From: an uncultured Candidatus Saccharibacteria bacterium
GTDB taxonomy: Bacteria; Patescibacteriota; JABMPQ01; JAQVVF01
Assembly: GCA_964574655.1 (NCBI GenBank)
Contig: CAZNOH010000002.1
Span: 29,620 to 93,619 of the forward strand
DNA length: 64,000 bases
Direction of reading: 5' to 3'
The position numbers and the translations under genes are program-made. Below the pieces are notes generated by a model that was given only the letters and a program-made list of their open reading frames with translations, was not told the origin of the DNA and ran no database searches. The first letter of the stretch is position 1. Each line of letters opens with the position of its first letter. This document shows positions 10,696-18,908 of the stretch, piece by piece.

Positions 10696-11442
10696 CTAGA
10701 TAATATACCACTTTCTCTTGCGCGTGATGACTGATGCTGGCACAAACACTGCCCAGTCAATTGCTCCGACCAAGTCAATCAAAACATATTTTTCTTTCTT
10801 TATCACAATGCAAGGATTATAATCAGAATATTTTGGTGTATGAGGAAGATTGCTTTGAAACCATGTCGCAAGTTTTGCGCGAATATCATCAGGCATTTTT
10901 TTCAGCCTGTAACGATTCAAACTACATTCCTTCTCGCTTTCCTCCGGATCATCAGAATATGCTAGCATCGGTAAATTAAAAGCATCTGCACCAAATCGCC
11001 AATGTCGAATCAGTGTGTCAGCCATGTCTTCAATACGATCTCCATCAATTTCTGTAGACAATTCAACGCTTTTCAACGCCAGCTCCCTGATTGTTCGCTT
11101 TTTGCAAGTTCCTCGCCAATCAACTCCAATTGAGTTAATATTTACAGCTTTTGTATCTGGCTTTTTATCAGCAGAAGTTAATGGCAGAATAAACGCATGC
11201 TCAATCTTGCCAACCATGTATTCTCCAGGAATCAACACATCGTATTTTTTTTTCCCGTCGTAAGAAATAAATGTGCATTCAATTTCGTCAAAAGCAACAA
11301 TTTTAGTCCAAAGAGGAGGCGCAATTCCAGTCATTTGTCCATTACTTACTTCTTGATGACCGCCATAAAGTCTATCAAGAAAACAAATCATCTCTTTTAT
11401 CTCTTCTGGGTCATGTGTGTACTGGCTTGGGCGTCTACGCAT
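10696..11442 (-). CDS. hypothetical protein (higher-GC islet with a strong SD)
   Basis: GAGGAGGAAG precedes the ATG. The GC content is visibly above that of neighbouring genes. Confidence 0.45.
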   Translation of the reverse strand: MRRRPSQYTHDPEEIKEMICFLDRLYGGHQEVSNGQMTGIAPPLWTKIVAFDEIECTFISYDGKKKYDVLIPGEYMVGKIEHAFILPLTSADKKPDTKAVNINSIGVDWRGTCKKRTIRELALKSVELSTEIDGDRIEDMADTLIRHWRFGADAFNLPMLAYSDDPEESEKECSLNRYRLKKMPDDIRAKLATWFQSNLPHTPKYSDYNPCIVIKKEKYVLIDLVGAIDWAVFVPASVITRKRKWYII

Positions 11443-11657
11443 TTCTTCCTCCTCTTGTCTTGGGTTTTAAGGTTCATTGATTTAGAACTCTTAATTATAT
11501 TAATAAATAAGATATTGTCAAGCACATTCCATAATATATTAATTATATTTAGGCTATAATAAAGCAAAATATATAATTTATAACATAATTGTCGGAATAA
11601 TTTGACACAAAAATAATAATAAATTATACTTAAATTGACATAATTAATCTAAATAAT

Positions 11658-12443
11658 ATGGAATCATCTATTTTACAAAAACTGCTTAATTTAGGCTTAC
11701 AGCCAAATGAAGCCAAAATCTATCTTGCTTTGCTTGAATTAGGAAAAGGCACAGTCACTCAAATCAGCTATAAAGCAGAATTAAATAGAACAACTGGTTA
11801 CGATGTTTTAGAACGCTTAGCAATAAATGGCCTAGTCAATCGCACAATTTCTGGCAAAGAAAAGAGAGAATACGCAGTTGAATCTCCATCGCATCTTCGT
11901 CAATATTTAGAAAACAAAAAACAGGCCTACGAACGCCGTTTAGCCGAGCTAAAATACGCTTTGCCTGATTTAGAATCTCTATATAAAACCGAAATAAAAC
12001 CAGTCATCAAATTTGCTGAAAGCAAAGAAGCAATGGAAAATCTTTATTATCATGTTTTAGATTCAAAAAGTGAAGTCTATTCAATCTTAAATTTACAGCA
12101 ATATGCCGAATTTTTTGATGAAATGGGCACTTATCAATCCAAGGAGCGCGACAAAAAAAAGATTAAAGAAAAAGTTTTAGCACTTGATAATAACACTGCC
12201 AGATGGTGGTATAATAAAACTTACAAGAATAAAAAAAATAAAAATTTTACCGAATATAAATGGTTAAAACCAAACAAAAAATCATCAACTGCCGGCGAAA
12301 TTAATATTTTTGATGATAAAGTGATTGGCGTTTTATTAAAACCAACCGAAAATATTGCTTTTGAAATTCAAAGTCAGACTTTTGCTGATTTTTTGAAAAT
12401 TATCTTTGAAATGGCCTGGAAACAAGGAAGTAAATCAAAATAA
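11658..12443 (+). CDS. TrmB-family transcriptional regulator
   Basis: N-terminal LGLQPNEAKIYLALLELGKGTVTQIS winged HTH typical of the TrmB family. Confidence 0.65.
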   Translation: MESSILQKLLNLGLQPNEAKIYLALLELGKGTVTQISYKAELNRTTGYDVLERLAINGLVNRTISGKEKREYAVESPSHLRQYLENKKQAYERRLAELKYALPDLESLYKTEIKPVIKFAESKEAMENLYYHVLDSKSEVYSILNLQQYAEFFDEMGTYQSKERDKKKIKEKVLALDNNTARWWYNKTYKNKKNKNFTEYKWLKPNKKSSTAGEINIFDDKVIGVLLKPTENIAFEIQSQTFADFLKIIFEMAWKQGSKSK

Positions 12444-12505
12444 TAAATAAGACAAAAAATCCAGCCTCATCGCCGGATTATTAAACAATTGAACAATCGA
12501 ACAAT

Positions 12506-12898
12506 TTAACTTTTTTTAGTTTTAATCTTCAAAGCTATTTCATCACTCACTTTCCAGTAATCCGCCAATCTTTTGTATAAATCATTCGCCATCTCTTCAG
12601 AATAAGTATGCACTGACAAATTCCTGTCCGCAGTCATTTTCAAACACACTTCAACATCTTCTTCAGATAAATTCAACAAATTTCTCAATTCGCGAAAACA
12701 AGCTTTTGGCGAAAAACAATCAATTCCTTCAATTTCTTTCAAATAAGTTTTAACAGTTTTCCACAGCAATTCATAGCTAAATTCATATCGTTGAATTGCC
12801 GCGTCTCTGATAACATCCGAAAATTCCATATCCAAAACCTCTTTCCACGCCTTATTTGCTTTTTCTAATTGTTCTAATTTTTCTTTTAAGTAAGCCAT
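12506..12898 (-). CDS. HEPN-domain protein of the HI0074 family (nucleotidyltransferase substrate-binding protein; toxin component)
   Basis: Length and helical profile match the HI0074 family. It overlaps its upstream partner by 13 nt. Confidence 0.7.
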   Translation of the reverse strand: MAYLKEKLEQLEKANKAWKEVLDMEFSDVIRDAAIQRYEFSYELLWKTVKTYLKEIEGIDCFSPKACFRELRNLLNLSEEDVEVCLKMTADRNLSVHTYSEEMANDLYKRLADYWKVSDEIALKIKTKKS

Positions 12899-13170
12899 AT
12901 AATTTTGCTATTTAAATTTTTATCTCTAAATTCTTTTTCTACTTTATTAAAATCAACAACATCGAATTTAAAAGGCAACAAAGATTCTTCTAATTCATCT
13001 TTTAAATTTCTTAATTTATCTTCATCAATCTTGCCATCAACAAATCCAAGATCAATGTCAGAAAATTTATTTTCAGTTACGCTTGAGCCAAAAACAAAAA
13101 ATCTTTCTTTATTTTTTGTATATTTATTAATAATTTCTTTAATTTTTTCTAAGTATTTTTTGTCTATCAT
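12886..13170 (-). CDS. minimal nucleotidyltransferase (MNT, HI0073-like; antitoxin component)
   Basis: FGSSVTENKFSDIDLGF matches the GS...DxD nucleotidyltransferase motif. Confidence 0.7.
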   Translation of the reverse strand: MIDKKYLEKIKEIINKYTKNKERFFVFGSSVTENKFSDIDLGFVDGKIDEDKLRNLKDELEESLLPFKFDVVDFNKVEKEFRDKNLNSKIIWLT

Positions 13171-13249
13171 AAAAATAGTATAACATTAAATTTTAGCAAA
13201 GTGAATTATCTACAAAAAATCCGGATAAATTCCGGTTTTTGTTTTAAAA

Positions 13250-13333
13250 TGCCCGGGGAGGGACTCGAACCCTCAAGACCTTGCGGTCACAGGATTTTAA
13301 GTCCTGCGTGTATACCATTCCACCACCTGGGCG
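13250..13333 (-). tRNA. tRNA-Leu(TAA)
   Basis: Anticodon arm CAGGA-CTTAAAA-TCCTG, a long variable arm, and T-arm GAGGGTTCGAGTCCCTC. The acceptor stem has one A-C mismatch. Confidence 0.75.
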
Positions 13334-13403
13334 CTTTCGAATTAAAAATTATAAATTCAAAATGAAAAACAATTATCAGCGTTTATCAATTTCAGAATCA
13401 GCG

Positions 13404-13874
13404 TTAGATCAGCGCTTGTCTGCTAATCTCATAAGCAACAATTCCGCCAGCCACGCTTACATTCAAAGATTCTTTCTTGCCCTTCATTGGAATCTCAATA
13501 AAATTATCACAATATTTCAAAATATCTTTTGATAATCCTTTCACTTCATTACCTAATACTAATGCAACTGGAAATTTAGGTTTATATTCAGAATAATTAA
13601 TGCTTTTTTTTGTTTGTTCAAGAGCAACTATATTATAACCACCATCTTTAAGTTTTTTCAATATCCGCCAAGTTGTAGTAACGCTCTCAAAAGCTACGAA
13701 TTTTTCAGCGCCTAATGCAACCTTAGCAATTCTTGAATGAGGAGGCGCAGGAGTTATCCCGCCTAAATAAATTTTATCAATCCCCGCTCCGTCGGCAGTT
13801 CTAAATATTGAGCCAACGTTGAATCTGCTTCGGACATTATCTAAGACTAAAACAAAATTTTCTATTTTGTCCAT
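13404..13874 (-). CDS. SpoU/TrmH-family RNA 2'-O-methyltransferase
   Basis: SPOUT motifs (GNEVKGLS, IPMKG, SLNVSVAGGI). Confidence 0.8.
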   Translation of the reverse strand: MDKIENFVLVLDNVRSRFNVGSIFRTADGAGIDKIYLGGITPAPPHSRIAKVALGAEKFVAFESVTTTWRILKKLKDGGYNIVALEQTKKSINYSEYKPKFPVALVLGNEVKGLSKDILKYCDNFIEIPMKGKKESLNVSVAGGIVAYEISRQALI

Positions 13875-14293
13875 TTTAAAATACCTCGCTTTATTAGATC
13901 TGGAAAGATCTTATTCTTTAATATTGGTGACAAATCATTCCACTCGCTATCTTGAGTAAACCAAATGATCTCTTTTATTTCGCTTGTCGGTCTAGCCTCG
14001 TGTTTAATATTTCCTTGATAAAGTTTAATTCTGACAAATTTATTTTCTTTTGGATCATCAGAAGATGCCTTGTCAATGTATGTTCCTACATATGAAGGAA
14101 CACCAATAATTTCGTTATCTGATCCTAGTTCTTCTTTGATCTCTCTCTTTAAACAAGTAATATCATCCTCGCCTGCTTCAATCTTACCGCCAGGCAATAT
14201 CAATTTTGACGTATAATCTTTTTTCCGACAAAGCAAAATCCTATCATTAAGCACAATCAACAAACCTATTTTGTCAAAATCGATATTTTGCAT
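13862..14293 (-). CDS. NUDIX hydrolase
   Basis: Nudix box GGKIEAGEDDITCLKREIKEELG. The start is placed at MQNIDF, since the longer ORF would run into tRNA-Cys. Confidence 0.75.
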   Translation of the reverse strand: MQNIDFDKIGLLIVLNDRILLCRKKDYTSKLILPGGKIEAGEDDITCLKREIKEELGSDNEIIGVPSYVGTYIDKASSDDPKENKFVRIKLYQGNIKHEARPTSEIKEIIWFTQDSEWNDLSPILKNKIFPDLIKRGILKWTK

Positions 14294-14332
14294 TTTTAAT
14301 TTTGAATTTTTAATTCGCAATGAGGCCTGGAC

Positions 14333-14403
14333 CGGATTTGAACCGATGTACGCAGTTTTGCAAACTGCTGCCTAGCCACTCGGCCACCAGGCCTTGAACA
14401 AAG
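14333..14403 (-). tRNA. tRNA-Cys(GCA)
   Basis: Anticodon loop TTGCAAA and discriminator U73. Confidence 0.8.
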
Positions 14404-14418
14404 TTAACTGGGCGGTAC

Positions 14419-14491
14419 TGGGCTCGAACCAATGACCTACTCGGTGTAAACGAGTTGCTCTACCAACTGAGCTAACCGCCCAAAACCATAT
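14419..14491 (-). tRNA. tRNA-Val(TAC)
   Basis: 5' end GGGCGGTTAGCTCAGTTGGTAGAGC and anticodon loop TTTACAC. Confidence 0.85.
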
Positions 14492-14500
14492 GCCGCGGGG

Positions 14501-14582
14501 GAGACTCGAACTCCCAAGCCTTACGGCACATGCACCTCAAGCATGCCTGTATGCCAATTCCAGCACCGCGGCAAGTTTAAGT
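14501..14582 (-). tRNA. tRNA-Leu(GAG)
   Basis: Long variable arm and anticodon loop TTGAGGT. Confidence 0.8.
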
Positions 14583-14616
14583 TGTAGTCAAGAAATTAAT
14601 TAGCATTGGAGCGGGA

Positions 14617-14690
14617 TACCAGAATCGAACTGGCACCTTAACCTTGGCAAGGTTACGTACTACCACTATACTAATCCCGCGAATAGCATC
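14617..14690 (-). tRNA. tRNA-Gly(GCC) with an encoded CCA
   Basis: Acceptor stem GCGGGAT/ATCCCGC, anticodon loop TTGCCAA, and a 3' TCCA encoded in the DNA. Confidence 0.8.
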
Positions 14691-14731
14691 AACTTTTAAC
14701 CTTATGAACTTTAAGAACTTTATAACTAATC

Positions 14732-15017
14732 TGCCGGAGGGCAGAATCGGACTGCCGACACAACGGTTTTCCGTTTGGACTATATCATATTCCTAAATAA
14801 TAGGAATTTGGGCGCTTCCCATGCATTAAAATGCATAGTACTCCTGAAAAGGATAGTCTCTACACCTGCCAAGCACACAAAATGTGTGCTTGGATTGGCT
14901 CGGGATTGTCAAATAAATTATCTGATGTTCCCCGAATTCACCCAATTTGCTTAATTCATTACTGAATTAAGGGCCGAAAACCTTCAGCCGTTTGCTCTAC
15001 CACTGAGCTACTCCGGC
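14732..15017 (-). tRNA. tRNA-Phe(GAA) interrupted by a group I intron (exons 15017-14985 and 14771-14732)
   Basis: The exons join to GCCGGAGTAGCTCAGTGGTAGAGCAAACGGCT|GAAAACCGTTGTGTCGGCAGTCCGATTCTGCCCTCCGGCA. The anticodon is GAA, and the intron lies between positions 33 and 34 after U33. Confidence 0.75.
14772..14984 (-). ncRNA. group I self-splicing intron in the tRNA-Phe anticodon loop
   Basis: On the RNA strand: a P-like element aaattgggtgaattcgggg, Q aatcccgagc (P4 pairing UCGGG/CCCGA), R gtgtagagacta and S atgatatagtcc (P7 pairing GACUA/UAGUC). A U sits at the 5' splice site and a terminal G (omega G) ends the intron. A GGCC internal guide sequence can pair with the exon end GGCU. Confidence 0.75.
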
Positions 15018-15048
15018 ACAATAACGTCAAAAACTGTTATATCAAAAA

Positions 15049-15618
15049 TTATTTCTTTTCTTCTTTTTTAGTATTGTCTTCTGGTTTTTTTGATTTATCT
15101 TCAACTTTTTGAATTTTTTCTTGTTCTGGTAAAATATTTGGGGCAGTTGTAATCCTTACATCTTTTTCAGTTGCTTCAGCTTTTTTCTTTGCTTCAGCTT
15201 CTTGCTTAATTCTAATCGCTTCCTTTTCTTTTACCTCATCAAAACCCATATTTTCTAAGTCTGAAGCACTTATCTCTTTTTCTTTTAATTTTGATTTCTT
15301 CTGTTCTAGGTTTCTTAAATAGTAAAGTTTTGCGCGTCTCACACTGCCTTTTTTCAAAACCTCAAGCTTAACAATGGTTGGCAAATGAAAAGGAAATATT
15401 TTTTCAACACCAACTCCGGAAGCAGTTTTTCTAACCGTAAATGAGCCATCAAGTCCACGACCACCATTCACTCTTAAAACAGTCCCTTGAAAAAACTGGA
15501 TTCTTTCCTTATCACCTTCCTTAATTTTTTGGTATACTTTTACAGTATCGCCAGGCTGAATGTCTGGCATTTCTCTTTTGATTTGATTCTTTTCAAACTT
15601 CTTTATTAATTCTTTCAT
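15049..15618 (-). CDS. rplS: 50S ribosomal protein L19 with a K/E-rich C-terminal extension
   Basis: VRRAKLYYLRNL core motif. Confidence 0.85.
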   Translation of the reverse strand: MKELIKKFEKNQIKREMPDIQPGDTVKVYQKIKEGDKERIQFFQGTVLRVNGGRGLDGSFTVRKTASGVGVEKIFPFHLPTIVKLEVLKKGSVRRAKLYYLRNLEQKKSKLKEKEISASDLENMGFDEVKEKEAIRIKQEAEAKKKAEATEKDVRITTAPNILPEQEKIQKVEDKSKKPEDNTKKEEKK

Positions 15619-15626
15619 AAATATAA

Positions 15627-16178
15627 TTAATTATCTATTTTCAATCCTCTTTTTTGCAAATTTTCTAAAACAAATTCAAGCGTTTCATTTGGATCTTTAT
15701 CGCTTGTTTCAACTATTAAATCATATATGGAAAAGTCTGATATGTCAATGCCATATGTTGATTTATATCGCTTTGCTTCACTTTTTTCCCGCATCTCAAC
15801 TTTTTTAGAAGTAATATCTAGCGTTTCATTTTCACGATGAGCAATTCTATCTAATCTAACATTAATTGGCGCAGTCACCCAAATTTTGAAAAAATCATTG
15901 CTTTGTTCGCGATGAGCAAACCAGCCTGATAATCTGCCTTCAATAATGCAATTATCATGAGAATCAGCAAAGCTCATCACTTGCCTATCCAAGCTCGTAT
16001 CAAAAGAATTATCGTTTTCTGTTAGCTTGCTAAATTCTTCCAGACTCAATCCTTTTTTCTTTGCCATCTCGCGATAAATTTTTCCAGCATAAATATAATC
16101 AAAACTCAAAGTCTTCTGCAAATTTTTGCACAGTGTTGTTGTGCCAGAGCCTGGTAATCCGCTAACAGTTATCTTCAT
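15627..16178 (-). CDS. cmk: archaeal-type cytidylate (CMP) kinase
   Basis: MKITVSGLPGSGTTT P-loop, with EEFSK, IEGRLSGW, IWVTAP and IYDLIVETS segments matching the archaeal CMP kinase family. Confidence 0.75.
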   Translation of the reverse strand: MKITVSGLPGSGTTTLCKNLQKTLSFDYIYAGKIYREMAKKKGLSLEEFSKLTENDNSFDTSLDRQVMSFADSHDNCIIEGRLSGWFAHREQSNDFFKIWVTAPINVRLDRIAHRENETLDITSKKVEMREKSEAKRYKSTYGIDISDFSIYDLIVETSDKDPNETLEFVLENLQKRGLKIDN

Positions 16179-16858
16179 TATAATTTACTTAAAAAATTGT
16201 TTAAATCTTCTGGTAATTCTATTTCAAAATTATTCTCAATTCCACTTGGCAATCTTAATTTAAGATAATGCGCATGTAAAAATTGTCTTTCTAATTCAGT
16301 ATCTTCCATTTTTCTAAATCTATATTCTTGATCGCCAACAATCGGATGTCCAATCTTTGTAAGATGCACTCTTATCTGATGTGTCCTGCCCGTTTCAATT
16401 TTTACATCTAGTAAAGAAAATTTTTCGCCATATTCTTTAATAACTTCGTAGCGTGTAACAGCTGGTTTGCTTATTTTTGAAAGCCTAGCTCTGACCTTGC
16501 CTTTCTTTTCTAGCGAATAAACAATAATTCCCTTCTTCTCTTTTAATATACCATAAACTAATGCAAAATATTTTTTTTCAATTTGTCTATTTTTAAAAAC
16601 ATCTATTAAATAATCATATGCTTTTTGATTTTTAGCGACAATTATTAATCCAGATGTATCTTTGTCTAATCTATGAACAATACCAGGTCGAGCTTCTTGA
16701 CCGACATTTTTAATCTCAGGATAATTTTCAACAACAAAATCAGATAATGTGTTATCTTTATATTTATTATCAGGATGAACAACAAGTCCAGCTGGTTTAT
16801 TTATAATCAGAACATCATCATCCTCAAAAACTATTGCTTCCTTAAGATTAAATTGCAT
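16178..16858 (-). CDS. RluA-family pseudouridine synthase
   Basis: HRLDKDTSGLIIVAKN catalytic motif. Confidence 0.8.
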   Translation of the reverse strand: MQFNLKEAIVFEDDDVLIINKPAGLVVHPDNKYKDNTLSDFVVENYPEIKNVGQEARPGIVHRLDKDTSGLIIVAKNQKAYDYLIDVFKNRQIEKKYFALVYGILKEKKGIIVYSLEKKGKVRARLSKISKPAVTRYEVIKEYGEKFSLLDVKIETGRTHQIRVHLTKIGHPIVGDQEYRFRKMEDTELERQFLHAHYLKLRLPSGIENNFEIELPEDLNNFLSKL

Positions 16859-16953
16859 AAAATTATTTAAGTCTAGTTTAACTTAATAAAATAATATTTT
16901 CAAAACTAAAAAACAGTTAAAAGAATGCTATAACTGTTCAAAGATAAACGATT

Positions 16954-17026
16954 TGGACCCGGCGGGACTCGAACCCGCGATCTCAGGCATGCCATGCTTG
17001 CGCTTTTCCTCTAAGCTACGGGCCCA
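16954..17026 (-). tRNA. tRNA-Ala(GGC)
   Basis: G3-U70 wobble pair in the acceptor stem and anticodon loop ATGGCAT; one A-C mismatch in the anticodon stem. Confidence 0.65.
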
Positions 17027-17697
17027 GTGTATTCAAATAACAATTTAGCGATAGTCTCTAACTCAAGCTGGATATCTGTGCCTCTACAAGTGACAACGCA
17101 GACACCTTTATAGTCTGGCTTCTTTGTTGTTCTGCCAATGGTTCTTGGATCCGGCTTAGTCTTGAAAAAATGATTCAAAGATATTCCGGTTATTTTAGCC
17201 CAATAGTTTTCTAAAGCCTTTATATCCTGGTCAGCTCTATATGAAACTCTACATCTTAAATCATTTAGGTTAATTTTCGGAAAACAATGCATTAATAAAA
17301 AGATAAAAAATCTTATCATTTTTGGATCAGAGTTGCCAAACATTATACCTCTGTGCGATTTCCATTTAGCACCTTCACAGATATATATAATAGAAAGTAT
17401 TATCCTTTGAGTATCAATATCTAATCTTTTTAATAAATATTGATTTCTAAACCTTAATAAGTCCAAAAAGGCACGATTTCTTTTCTGGGATGAAATCACA
17501 GATTTCTGCTGTGCGATATGTAATTTTGCTAAGTTCAGCTTTATAATCCTGTCCTTCTGTTTGCTAGTTAAAGTTATCTCTTTGCACCATCCAGATAGAG
17601 TACTTTTGGGTATTATTATGCCTAAAGTTTTTTCGATTTCCGTAAAAGTATAACCTTTTCTCCTCAAATTGATAGCTTTTTGTTTTATATTTATCAT
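17011..17697 (-). CDS. hypothetical protein with an N-terminal resolvase/transposase-like HTH
   Basis: KAINLRRKGYTFTEIEKTLGIIIPKSTLSGWCK. It lies between two tRNAs and overlaps the 5' end of tRNA-Ala by about 16 nt. Confidence 0.4.
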   Translation of the reverse strand: MINIKQKAINLRRKGYTFTEIEKTLGIIIPKSTLSGWCKEITLTSKQKDRIIKLNLAKLHIAQQKSVISSQKRNRAFLDLLRFRNQYLLKRLDIDTQRIILSIIYICEGAKWKSHRGIMFGNSDPKMIRFFIFLLMHCFPKINLNDLRCRVSYRADQDIKALENYWAKITGISLNHFFKTKPDPRTIGRTTKKPDYKGVCVVTCRGTDIQLELETIAKLLFEYTGPVA

Positions 17698-17766
17698 AAT
17701 GCTATCGTACCACAGACATTATCAATGTAAATAGAATTTTCACCTTTCACACTAAATTTACACGAA

Positions 17767-17838
17767 TGCCCTCACCAGGACTCGAACCTGGACTGCTAGT
17801 TCCGAAGACTAGCGTGATATCCGTTTCACTATGAGGGC
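17767..17838 (-). tRNA. tRNA-Arg(TCG)
   Basis: Anticodon arm CTAGT-CTTCGGA-ACTAG and acceptor stem GCCCTCA/TGAGGGC. Confidence 0.8.
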
Positions 17839-17901
17839 AATATTGCTTCAAGCACACTCTAATATAAAATCAAAGATAAATCAATCCATTATCACAAAAT
17901 T

Positions 17902-17929
17902 CTTGACAAATATTACAAATATGCTAATA
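17902..17929 (+). promoter_or_regulatory. sigma70-type promoter TTGACA-N16-TAATAT
   Basis: Consensus -35 and near-consensus -10, about 45 nt upstream of the SD-bearing ORF at 17974. Confidence 0.6.
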
Positions 17930-17973
17930 TGCTCATAGCCATTTAAAAACACAAGACAAGAGGAGGAGGGACT

Positions 17974-18276
17974 ATGACCGCAAATAAAACGCCGACAAAA
18001 TGGCAGTTTTTTAAGCACTGGCTTATTAATTATGCAGTGGGGATGGACATTTTTTTCATCATTATTTCTCTCCCGACAATTGTATTTATTTTGCTTCCGA
18101 CATTTGAAGCACAAGACGGATTCAAGGGGTTTACGCTCATTATCAAGATTCTAGCAAGCATGACCATCGCCTTCTTTTTCATTAACAGTTTACGCAATCT
18201 TTACGATTCCTGGAAATGGTATCTGTATGACATGAATCAAATTCAACCCAAAGAACCAAAGATATCAGCCCTTTAG
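17974..18276 (+). CDS. small two-TM membrane protein (higher-GC islet)
   Basis: Strong SD GAGGAGGAGGG, a hydrophobic core, and a terminator hairpin at 18296-18325. Confidence 0.5.
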   Translation: MTANKTPTKWQFFKHWLINYAVGMDIFFIIISLPTIVFILLPTFEAQDGFKGFTLIIKILASMTIAFFFINSLRNLYDSWKWYLYDMNQIQPKEPKISAL

Positions 18277-18593
18277 TGAATTATTTTGCCCTATTTCAAG
18301 CCTTTTTATGAGGCTTTTTTTAATGTTGAAAACAGCCAAATACTCAAAATCATAATGCCTTATCTAAGCCAAAAAGCATTGATATTTAGCAAATACTATT
18401 GACAAAATAATAAAGGTATGCTAAGATGACAAGCTATAGATTAAGCAATAAAAATAAAACCTTAGTACCTTCTAATTAGTTTTAGCCTCAAATTTGAGAG
18501 AAAGGCAGATCAGATATTAAATATTAGTTATACAGATCTTACGACTTTTTCTCAATTTTGAGGCAACGGCCAATCACGGCCTGGAGGCAGACA

Positions 18594-18653
18594 ATGCGTT
18601 ACGGAATCATCGGGATCCTGTTCGTTTGTGGCTCTTCCAGAATCAACAATTAA
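18594..18653 (+). CDS. candidate 19-aa hydrophobic peptide MRYGIIGILFVCGSSRINN
   Basis: GGAGG lies 6 nt upstream of the ATG, in a 600-bp non-coding region that has a second TTGACA-N17-TAAGAT promoter at 18399-18427 and a long stem at 18485-18563. Confidence 0.25.
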   Translation: MRYGIIGILFVCGSSRINN

Positions 18654-18908
18654 ATTGCTGATTGTGGAAGGAAATAAATAATCAACTTTAATGTTACAAG
18701 ATATTATTAAAGTAAAGATTCTAGATCTTTACTCAATGATCATGACTTCTCCATTCGGTTTATACCTAATAATGAAGAAGTAACAAAAATCTCCAAGCAG
18801 GGGATTTTTTGTTTGGAAAAAATCTGTTAAAATAAAACTAAGTTATAAAGTCCATAAAGTTATAAAGTTTTTAAAGTACTTTACAAACTTTATAACTTTA
18901 CAAACTTT

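Noticed and set aside
13281-13532. ORF 13281..13532 +
   Set aside because: It overlaps tRNA-Leu and lies antisense to the SpoU methyltransferase gene.
18570-18595. SRP (4.5S) RNA-like motif CCTGGAGGCAGA
   Set aside because: It is only a partial resemblance to the domain IV consensus and does not fit the full helix. It is better explained as the SD region of the small peptide ORF.
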